49,717 bases of DNA from Geosiphon pyriformis uo1 (Eukaryota; Fungi; Glomeromycota): assembly GCA_016748015.1 (NCBI GenBank), contig JAAOMT010000706.1, forward strand, positions 754,679 through 804,395, written 5' to 3'. Position 1 is the first letter of the stretch. Every line of letters begins with the position of its first letter. The position numbers were made by a program, and so were the translations under genes. The notes under the pieces are model-generated. The model was not told the DNA's origin and ran no database searches. It saw only the letters and a program-made list of their open reading frames with translations. Shown in pieces: positions 27,385-38,292 of the stretch.

Positions 27385-28096
27385 AAGGCTAAGAGTTTTT
27401 GGAAATGTTAAGGTGCTACTGCTAAATTGGTGGAGTTTATGAGGACGTTTTTAATTGGTGGATCGGAATTTGTGGACTATGGTTTGAATGGTGAGCTGAG
27501 TGGCACTAGTTTGACGAATGATTGCACATTTAGTTTAGGGCAATCGAGTTTTTTTGGTCTATGTAATAAGCTGGAAGTTCTTTTCGCATATATCTTCTTT
27601 GGTCGGACGTGCTTTTGATTAGCTGTCCTTGATTGGCTCATCACGTGTAGAAAAGCGTGAGCTGCGTCTATTATTAGATCCTCACCCGTCAGGCTACTAT
27701 CTTACAATTGAAACACTTACGTTATACCCCTCTCGAAGTAGGCAATTTAGCATTCAAAACGTCCAAATTTAACCTACATCTGCTCCCTAAGGCCTGCCGA
27801 ACAGTCGTGACCATAGGACAGGCCATATGTGGCAATGAAGTCAGAATCGTGCTTAATCTTAACAACAACTACCTCCTAGATCAATATCTTTAGTGGCCAG
27901 ACTATATTATGATAATCACTTACTACAGACCTTTAATTCCACAATTATTTTCTCAGCCGCCTTAGCACTATCAGAGAATGTGACCGTTTTTTCGAACCAA
28001 CCATTCCTTTAGCTAACATCTTGTATGACAACATTCGATCCGACGCCGCCAGCCCAAATTTGATAGACGATATTGCTGCGGCGCCCGACCTGCACC
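27385..28096. mobile_element. GC-richer island in an AT block; probable degenerate non-LTR retroelement 3' fragments
   Basis: Stop-interrupted frames weakly resemble the C-terminus of the LINE at 33.4-35 kb (plus: AKSFWKC*GATAKLVEFMRTF vs EACGVFDNRKVAVARIVDFIRF; minus: MLAKGMV vs LVCKGFV). Abuts a (TTA)n tract. Confidence 0.4.
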
Positions 28097-28097
28097 A

Positions 28098-28102
28098 TTA
28101 TT

Positions 28103-28133
<31 letters not shown>

Positions 28134-28134
28134 T
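28098..28134. repeat. (TTA)n microsatellite
   Basis: Tandem TTA units directly visible. Confidence 0.9.
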
Positions 28135-28445
28135 AAATTTAACTTTAAAAAATATAATTAATTAATTTATATCTTAATATTAAACATATTATGTTTAAAT
28201 ATTTTTTGATTAAAATTAACTTAATAATTAAACATTGGTAAGAACACACTTTGTTAAAGCATAAAAAATAATAATGATAATAATAATTAAACATTATAAT
28301 AAAAAAGTTTAATTAAAAAAAATCAAGTTATAACTGTTTTAAGTTATTATAAATAAGATTTTTGTGTGCATTTCTAATAAAATAATTAATTTACAGAAAA
28401 TTAAATTTAAATATTTACAAATAACTCAAAAATTATCAAAAAATG

Positions 28446-28470
28446 TTATTATTATTATTATTTATTATTA

Positions 28471-28541
<71 letters not shown>
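28446..28541. repeat. (TTA)n microsatellite, about 95 bp, imperfect
   Basis: Tandem TTA units directly visible. Confidence 0.95.
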
Positions 28542-28542
<1 letters not shown>

Positions 28543-28709
28543 ATTAAATATTAAAAATATTTATTAAAAAATAACAGAAACTTTTAAGCCTAACCTAATA
28601 TGGTCATCTCTTGATCGACGCTCAATCAGGATTAAACTTTCTTTTAGCACTAGGGGACAATGATTTTTCTGGCTTAATTACGTTCAAAATATACTTCGAG
28701 TTCCTAATA

Positions 28710-29723
28710 ATGTCTGATTTTCCCCCCATGGAAGAGTTCAGTTCTGGCTCGAGCATCAACTTAGATTCAGACCCAACAGCCGATTTTCTCGCACGAGAAC
28801 AAGCCATCCTTGGTGACGACGCCTCGCTCTTTGCCAATCCCACTCCGCCATCTATCAGCGGAAATCCCATTACAGAACTTGAAGGCTTTCCAGAGATTGA
28901 CGCGTTGTCAGGAAGTTTTACGCCAGAATCTACCTCGGCACCGTTACCACCACCCATTGTGACCTCGCAGCCAGATTACTCCGCGTTTCACAACGACTTT
29001 CTCCCTATTGAATCACTTACAGGCTCTCAAGTAAATATCAAAAAGCCACTAATCCTTATTTCTTAAGTATTTCTATAATGATAGGTCTTTTTTTCAGAGA
29101 TTAGTCAATGGTCAAATAATTTTAGATCAAGATGGGCTTGATGAAGAAGGGGAAGAGGAAGAGGAGAGTGACGTAATGAGGTTGGTTGGATTTGATTTTG
29201 CTACCTGTACTTGAAACATTTAAATGAATGGGTATTTTTTAAATAATTTTCGTTTGGTTTGGCTCCCTCAATTCGAAATTAGAGAATGGCGAGAGAGACA
29301 AAGAGAGCGTATTGCGGAACGTGATGAGGTTGCCGAAAGGAAAAAAGAAGAAACTATACAACATGCCCATTCTGAAATTGACAAATTTTATACCGATTAT
29401 AATGAAAATAAATTAATTACGCTTCAAGAAAACAAGTAAGCGATAGATTTCTCTTTCACTAAATCTTTATATATATCTGACATTTGTTGAACTCAAATTA
29501 TTGTATTGTGATTAAATATGAAAGGAGGGAAGAAGAGGCATTTATACGGGAGCGTGATAATATAACCTCAGGAACTACATGGGAACGAGTATGTAAAACC
29601 CTGAATCTTGTCAGTGTTCAAAGCAAATCCACTAGTAAGCACGAGAGGGATGTTTCCAGGCTAAAGGAATTGCTGTTGGACATAAAGAAGGACGAGAATG
29701 CACCAGGAGCTGGGGGTTATTAA
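28710..29723 (+). CDS. CLC1: Clathrin light chain (4 exons)
   Basis: MSDFPPMEEF...DPTADFLAREQAILGDDA; acidic EEEGEEEEESDVM|REWRERQRERIAERDE; IDKFYTDYN; GTTWERVCK...DVSRLKELLLDIKKDENAPGAGGY. Confidence 0.95.
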
Positions 29724-30024
29724 TAAACTGAAGAATTGGACAGTAAAGATCGAATCACTGGTAGAATTCTGTTGATCTGAGAAAGGGTTTATTAAAACTT
29801 GTATTATCTCATTTTCAACTCTTTCTCTTTGTGGCAATAAAATCCTTAATGAAAAAAAAATAAAGATTCCTGACTGCAACCTACCTCCAACCCGTAAAAG
29901 CAAGAAAATAATGTATAAAGATCCATTTAATGCTTTATTATGATTCCATCAACAAAAAAGATTTGGTAGCGTAATATTAAAGAACCTTCCTTAGCAGAGA
30001 GTAGGGAATTTTAATACAAATTAT

Positions 30025-31016
30025 TCATCTTTTTAAGTTTGTTAACTCAATAATCCTCTCCACTTGTTCATTGATACTCAATTCCGTGGTATCTATCGTC
30101 ACAGCATCATCCGCTTTTCGTAAGGGTGAAATTGCTCTTTCCAAATCAGCTTTATCTCTTTTCTCAATGTCCTCCAAAATCTCCTCATATTTAATATCAG
30201 TTTTTGAACCCTTTTTCCATTCTTCAAATCGTCGCATAGCCCTGACATTAGCATCAGCGGTCAAAAAAACTTTGACATTTGCATTGGGGAATATGACCGT
30301 GCCTATATCTCTGCCATCCATTACAAGTCCATCACATTCCGTGGTGTGGGCAAATTCACGTTGTTTAGCGAGCATTGCTTTTCGCACTTCAGGGTTCGCA
30401 GCAATAATGGATACATTTCGAGTTATTTCTATTGATCTGATCTCTGAGGAGACATCTTTGTCGTCCAAAAACACAGTTGTTTGGGGAAGAAAGGTTGGTG
30501 TGGTGGAAGATGTGGCCGTTACGAATCGGATTTTAGTTGCCTGAGCCAGATGTGATATTATAGGGGCTGTTTCGGGAGTTAAAGGTAATAATTTTTGGTT
30601 CAAGGCTTTTAAAGTAATCTATAAGAGGCGAGAAAAAATTTTAATTACATTGCATCATGTGAAAAGCATTGAAATAGAATGGTTCACCAGAAACCTACCG
30701 CACGATACATAGCTCCTTTTACATCCAATATCCAGTAAAGGTTAAAAAGCAGCGATGTTAATTTTGATCTACATAAACCCCTTCTCTCAAACATCCAAAA
30801 TGAAAAATCCTCGCTTTACCCGAATCAATATAGGTAAATCTCAATCGGAGCGCGACCAATTTTGCTGTGGTACCTAGTGTGATTTTTCAAAAATTCTAAC
30901 TCCCAACAAGGGTTTAATGAAATGACTTAACCAAAGTCCATACTTTTTCCGGAGGCAGCTGGTCCATCGATAGCTATTTGAAAGATATTTTGTTTCATCA
31001 GATTTCTGGCGGCCAT
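30025..31016 (-). CDS. cmk: Cytidylate kinase, bacterial Cmk type (4 exons)
   Basis: IAIDGPAASGK|STTAKLVALRLRFTYIDSG|AMYRA|ITLKAL...VSIIAANPEVR...QR...GLVMDGRDIGTVIFPNANVKVFLTA..VRAMRR...RDKADLERAISPLRKADDAVTIDTT. Confidence 0.93.
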
Positions 31017-31299
31017 TTTATATCTTACCAATGGTTTAGTTTATGATCAATCTGTTAAGCACAGGCATTTATAGATTTCAGAAACCAAACAAAATTTTGA
31101 TCAAATTTTGGATCATGATTTGCCACCCTTAAGTGTAGATTTCGTTGAGCTTTGCCTTTCAAGGTTGGTCTCAAAACTCCTTTCTCCTGCTAGAAGCTTT
31201 TGTTATCAATGATGCTTTTTCTAAGATATTAATCCAACGATGAAACACGTGAATGAACAAACAAAGATCTGTTATACGAAATCTTTAATAATTAATCAA

Positions 31300-33420
31300 C
31301 TAGTAAACTTTAAGTTCATTATATCTTGAAATTAAAAATAGCAAATTTTATGATTAATTATGACTGGTTTTTTCTTTGTAAATTTTTTCACAAATTAAAC
31401 TTTAACCAAGAATATTTATAAGATTAGTTTTTCAATATTTTATTATCAATTATCTACATTTTTATAATATTTTTAATATTTAAAGTTTATTTATTATAAG
31501 TTATTATTATTATTAAATTAAAAATTTATGTATTAATAAATTCGCATTTATGTCATTATTTAAAAAATTATTAAAACACAAACTAAATATAAATACACAA
31601 TATTATAACTTAATATAAAATTATATTTGCTTTATTATTTACAATTATAACAAATTTTTATTATTAAATTATATACAAAATATTATATATTTTATTTTAA
31701 AATTAGTTTATTAATCTGATCAATAACTTAATTTTTAACTTAATACTAACTTAAAGTTATAAAAAGCATTCAATTTTTTAAATATTAACAATTTAATTTA
31801 TTTTCATCTTTTTCATACTTATTTTTTTAATATAATAAAAAATAACAATTTTTTTGATGTTTTTAACAATATTTTGATTATATTAAAACTAGTTTTTTTA
31901 TTAATTTTATAGTATTAACATTAAATTTTATTTTAATTATAAATGGCAATTATTTGTTTGTTTTAAACAATAATATTAAAAATACATTGGTCTATTTTAA
32001 TTTAAATTAATTTTTGGTTATATTGTTTAATATATTGAATTTTAATTAATTTTTGCCAATTCTAAAAGCAAAACAAATTATGTTTTTACATATAAATTTG
32101 CTTAATTAGTCTACTAAATTTTAATTTTAAAAATTAGATAATTAAATAAAAACTAAAGCTCTTTTTTTTGTTTTTTAATAAAATTGTTTTTAATAATATT
32201 TAAATTATTAAAAATTCTCTAAATAAATAATTTTTATTTTAATGTTTAATGTTTTTTTAAGTTTATATTAATTTATGTCAAGATTATTTTTTAATTTGTA
32301 TATAATTTTATTAATTTAAAATCAGTTTTTAAAAATAATATTAAGCTATTTTACATAAAATTTATATTTTAAGTTTTTTTAAATATTATTATTAAAATTA
32401 AATTTGTTAATTTTATTTGTTTTTCTATTTTATAATTGTTAAGTTTTTACTAGTTTCTAAATTTATATTTTTTTTTGTCATTGTTGTTTTGCAGAATATT
32501 CTTAAAAATGCTTTTAATGTTTTTAATAAAGTTTTTAATATTAAGTTAAAATCTGTTAGTGTTTAATAATTTATTTTAAGTTTTATAATATAACTATTGT
32601 TTTGTTTATTGGATAATTTTGGTTAGAAAATAGTATTGAAATTTTTTTTGATTAATTAAAAAAAATTATTACTTTATATAATACTTTCGAAATTAAATTA
32701 ATTAATTTTTTTTTGTTTATATAGCTTTTAAAATCAGTTTAAATAATTTTTTAAGTAAATAATCAAATTTTTTTTATTTTTTGTATTATAAAATTTGAAT
32801 AACATTTAAAATACATAATTATTATTACGATTAATATATTAAAAAAGCATTATATCTAATAAAAAATTTTAAATTATTTGATTTTTAATTAAAAAATGTT
32901 TTTGTTTTTTATGTTTTTTTTAAATCTATTATTAGTTTGAGATTTTTAAACTTTATTTTGCTAAAATAAATTTATGTTAAAACTTTTGTTCTTTTGATTT
33001 TTTTAGATATTAAAGTAAAAAATTCTTGCAATTAAAAAACATTAGTATTTTTAAAAAAGTTATTAATAATTAAGCAAAAAAATTATTAATTATAATATAA
33101 TTAATAATAATATATTTGATAATAAATTAAATTTTCTAGTTAAAAAGAAAAATTTTGTTAAAATAATATTTTAAAAGATATAAATTCTTAATATTAAATT
33201 AAATATTAATAAAAATAATTTATAATTAGTTAGTGGTTTTTAATAATAATTTGGTTATAATTATATATAAAATATTTTTTAATTTTTAAAAAATTAATAA
33301 TTATGATTTTATAAATTTTTTTATGTTTTATAATATGCAATTTTATATATATATTTAATAATAAATATAATTTTTATATATTTTTACATATAAAAAATTA
33401 CTTTTATTTATATTAAAATT
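31300..33420. repeat. Extremely AT-rich decayed sequence
   Basis: For example 33361-33420 contains only 2 G/C in 60 nt; no ORFs. Confidence 0.7.
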
Positions 33421-33422
33421 AT

Positions 33423-35010
33423 ATGGACCCACGTAGTCCTATGCTTCACTGGTTTGTAGTTTTTTCTAAGTTTTTGAAGGGTCAGGACTTCTCGTTTTCT
33501 TATTCTGCTGGCTTTAATATGTGTGGCTTGGACATTTTAAAATCTGGAGAGTTTTCTGCTGTTAAGGATGGATTGCATGACATTTGGTCTGGTTTTTTTG
33601 AGGTTTTTACAGATGGGTCTTTGAGAAATGCTGGCTCTGCTGAGATTGCCAGTAGTGCTGCTGCGTACTTTCTGGCACTAGATCTGAGTGTTGGTGTTGC
33701 TATTCATGGTTTTTTGTTATCTACTATGGCTGAGTTGTAAACTGTCATTTTGTTTTTGGAATGTGTTCTTTTTTCAAGTACTGTGATACTGCATCTTAAC
33801 AGCCAAGTTGTCATTAATGCTTATATGTCTGAGCTTTCTTTAGTCTGCCCTGATTTCCATAATCAATGCTGGCTAAAAAGGCATTATATTTTCAATCTAA
33901 TCAGAGATAAGAATCTTGTTGTGAGTTGGATTAAGGTAAAGGGCCATTTTAGAGTTTCTGGTAATAAGAGAGCTGACTTGGCTGCTCGGGCTGTTTCTGG
34001 ATCTTTTTTTTCACTGTTGGCTGGTGTGTGTAAACATTTTCTGATTGCTGAGGGTACTGCTGTTTCCAGTAATGTCTGTTATTTTGTCAGGGATATTTTT
34101 CAGTTAATTTGTCATGCTTATTGGGAAGCTGGCCCTGGTTATGATGTAATTCCTGATGCATTGATTGGTTGTATCGACTGGGTTGTCATGGCAAAGATGT
34201 GGCATCCTGACTCTCATATGCTCACTGGTTTCACTAGTCATAAATCTTTAATGCTTCATACTTATCTTATAAAAGCTGTGCACAGAAGATTGCCAGTGGC
34301 AATTAGAAAAAAATTGTATAATAAGTGCTACCCTGGTGTGTTATGTTTGCTGTGTGGTGGTGTAGAGTTCCCTGACCATGCTTTTACTTGTGTTCGTGAG
34401 TTCAGCATTCGTGATGAGATCTTGGTTGAGGCTTCTGCCCATTGGTCTGCTTTGGCTGATGTTTTTAATATTTTTTTATCTACTGTGTTGTAGGTTTTAT
34501 CTCAATGTTCTGTCAATGTTGGGTTGTATACTCTGGTCTGCAAAGGGTTTGTGTTAAATGATTGGTGTTAGGAGGCTTGTGGTGTTTTTGATAATAGAAA
34601 GGTGGCTGTTGCTCGGATTGTTGATTTCATAAGGTTTGTTGTGGAATTGTATTGTTCTAAGGTGTGGTTAGTGAAATCTAGTCACTAGGTGGTAATAGAG
34701 AAGACTGGTTTGGTTTGTGATGATGGGATTGTTTCTGGGCTCTCTCGTGGAGTATTCTTGGTATTGTCTGATGGTGTTGTTAGATTGCTTGGAATGGTTG
34801 AATCTTTTGCTGTTTGCTTTGGTCATTGTAAACCATATTGTTTTTTTTGGTCTGGGTGGTCGGGTACAGATTAATATAGGTATATAATATTGTCTTGCCT
34901 GGTTTGAGTGGCTAGCCATATGTAGAAAGTACATAAATCACGTTTAGTTTAAGTTTCAGTTTGGCTTTATGTACTAGATAGTGGTTGGGCTTCGCTCATT
35001 AAATATTTAA
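33423..35010 (+). mobile_element. 5'-truncated, inactivated non-LTR retrotransposon (ORF2 3' part: RNase H + CCHC-like zinc finger + 3' UTR/A-rich end)
   Basis: RNase H motifs FTDGSL, STMAEL*, HLNSQ (D>N), WIKVKGH..VSGNKRAD; zinc-binding CLLCGGVEFPDHAFTC. In-frame stops at 33738, 34491, 34569 and 34686 in one continuous frame. Sharp GC boundary at 33421 and A-rich end near 35010. Confidence 0.88.
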
Positions 35011-36500
35011 TAAAAAATAAAATTAAATTATTTTAAATAGAATTAAAATCCAAAAACAGTCTTTTAATATTAAATTTATTTATAATATAAATTAAAATAT
35101 TATAATTTTATTATATTGTTTATTTAATTTAAATTTTATTAGATTTAATATTAAAATTAAGAAATTATTATAAAATTAATATTTTATAAATTATATTATT
35201 ATTTATAAAAAATTATGCATTTTATTTTCTTATTTTTATTTAATTACAATTAAACTTTTTAATTAAAACAATCAGTTTTTAAATAATAAATTTAATTTTT
35301 TATTATAATTTAAAACATTTAAATATTAACAAAATTAATTAAAAATTTAATTAAAATAGCCAAATTTTTTTTATTAATCTTTAAAAAATTGATTAAAGTT
35401 TTAATATTATAATATTAATATTATTACAATATTTAATTAATAAAACAATAATACAAACATAAAATAAAAATTTTAATAATAAAATTAAATCTTAAAAAAC
35501 TAAAAGTAATAATTTTGTAAACAATTATTAAGTAATTTAAATTTTAATATTAATAATAATATTAAAAATTTAAGATTTTTTATTAAATATAATATTTTCT
35601 TAATATATTAATTTAAAAAAAAATAAAAATAAAATCTTTTTTTGAATTATATATAATAATAAAATACTTTTAATAATAATTAAATTTAGATAATTTGAAA
35701 ATAAAACATGTTTAATTACAGATTTAAACAACTAAATTATTACTTTTAAAATTTATACAATTTAAAAAAATTAATTAACTTAACTTTAAATATATTATAA
35801 AAAATATATATATCTTTTTAGTAATTAAAAATTATTTTATAATTTATTATTTATATTTATCTTAAAATATAAAAAAACCAAATTTATTATATTTATTTTT
35901 TATTTTTATTTTTATTTATTTTAATTTAGTTTAAAAAAAATAATTAACAATAAATAATTATAATTTAACATAATATAATTTTATAAATGTTATTAATTTT
36001 GTTTTTTATTATATATTTTTTTGAAATTATTATTTTATATAGCTTTTTATTTGTTATTTTAATGCTTTAAATAGTATTATTTTTATAAGTTTGTATATTT
36101 TTTAATAAAAATTATTTTTTGTTTTTTAAAAAAAATATTTTAACATAAATTATTTAAATTTTATTTGCTTATATAAATTTTTTAGTTAATATTTAAAATA
36201 ATTTTTAAATTTGTATTAAAACAGCTTATCATTTTTAATTAATAATTTTATTTTTAAAAACCTATTTTGTTAATATTAATTGTGTTTTTTATAATTAAAT
36301 TATCTTAATTTTATTTATAATTTTTTTATTATATTTATAATGTAAATGTTTTCAATAATATGATTTTTACTTTAAAAATAATACATTATATAAAGTGGTC
36401 TTGCTAAATGTCTCAAAATTTTAACAAAACAATATGTATATATATTATTAAACAGCTAATAAGAAATTGTGAATAAATTTAAACTTTTATTTTATTTTAT
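35010..36500. repeat. Extremely AT-rich decayed sequence
   Basis: For example 35101-35160 contains only 2 G/C in 60 nt; no ORFs. Confidence 0.7.
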
Positions 36501-36962
36501 AAGTGTACATTAGTCAATTAATCAAAATATAAAGTAAAAAGACAGAAAAGTTTCTCAAGTACAAATAAATTACTTAATTTTTTGAAAGAATAAATGTATA
36601 GATAATACTATTATTTAATTAATATCTTTTCATTTGTCAAATGCTCTCATTAAAATATCCAGGAAATGGTTTAAACTTATGTTTCAAAAAAACGATTGTT
36701 TTATCAAGTGAACCAAATAATCTTATCAAACCAATATTAACCAAATAATCAGTAATCAAAGAAATTTGACTTCTTATAAATTGTTTATATTCTACTTAAA
36801 GGCCTCATTGGGTAAATTGTTCAAGATTAATGAAAACTTATAAGTATTTTCGCCTTTTGTTATATACCCTATCCCGACCCTAATAAAATTAGCGATAACT
36901 CTCGAAAAGGGTTGATTGAATGGAATATTACATTAAAATAATTTAATAGGGTAAAAGTTAAG

Positions 36963-38140
36963 TCACTTTAAAAAATTACCAGGATTTATCAAGATATCCG
37001 ATTGTGGATATAAGATTCCTGAAGGTGTAGAATTGAATTCATTTATATGTTTTACAATAAAGGGTGATTCGTCGGGTTTTAATAAAAGCTCAAACTCCGT
37101 GACTGCTGCTCGATCGATTACCATCGCCTCATGTCGAAGAATGTTATAAACATCGGATGCTTCTAAAATTTCTTGCACGGTAAAATAATCCACCGTTTTT
37201 ATATTTCTGCAGGCAAGCTCAAAGTTTCTGGTCCTTGCAGTTGTGATAAATAAAATGGAATGACCAGATTTCCTCTCATCTACCAATTTGTCCCATGAAT
37301 GTTGATGAAGAACATCTATGAAGTATTTAGTCTTGTGCGAGTTCAGGATTAGATCATTTACAATGACTAGTTGATCTTGCATGTACTTGCTAGAAATTGC
37401 CGAGCGCAAGCCAAATTCACGGACTTTACGTTGAAGGTCAGTACGATGAGATCGTGGGTGAGGTCCGAAAGCGCGTCCACCTTGAAAATATAAGAATAGA
37501 ATTAGCCGATTTGAAATAAAATAAAGATACTTAGTTATCAAACAATCACCTCCTCTCCATTGTGGGGCCCTCCGGGAGCGCATTCTAGCTTTTCCTCTAC
37601 CCTTCTGGGGGAAGACCTTTCGAGACGTTCCACTCACTTCACTTCTATTTTTGGTTGAGTGTGTTCCTTGTCTCATCAAGTCTCGTTGCCATACTACGAC
37701 TCGATGTAAAAGATCACGTCTTAAGGGAGCGCCAAATACATGCCGATCCAGCTCAATGAGATCCGTTAAGCCATTTGTATAGAAATCATGAACCCAAGCT
37801 TGAAGTGTTCTTGAAAACGGAGATACAGCTGATTGAAATTAAAGAGCACATTTGATTTAAAGTTCCAAAAAGTTTTCGGGGACTTAAGAACTTCATTCAC
37901 TTGCCTTGTGGTCTTATTATAACTTCCCTCTCAGGAATTTGTGTGGCAAATTTTCTCGACAAGGGGAAAGATAGCTCCACAAGTCCAAAGACAATAAATT
38001 GAAATACCCTTAGTGGACTCACAATTTATGAAAAAAGAAAAGCATCATACCTGCATCCCATAGCGAACACCTTGCACACCTGCCTTCAGCAAACCTTTTG
38101 CAAGAACACTAGTTGGCAGAACTTTACAAAAGAAAGCCAT
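36963..38140 (-). CDS. Mitochondrial ribosomal protein uL4m (YmL6-like; multi-exon)
   Basis: Presequence-like MAFFCKVLPTSVLAKGLLKAG; RRDLLHRVVVWQRDLMRQGTHSTKNRSEVSGTSRKVFPQKGRGKAR..RRAPQWRGG|GRAFGPHPR. Confidence 0.93.
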
Positions 38141-38292
38141 TTGAAAATTTGACAATCAAGTTTTTTTGATATTATATAACAATTGATATTCTTCGTGCAT
38201 GTCATTGTTCTGGCTCGATATGCATGGCGATTAAATTGTGTAAAAACAGATCTGTAAACTTTATTTTGCGAGCTCCTCAGCTAACTATAGAT

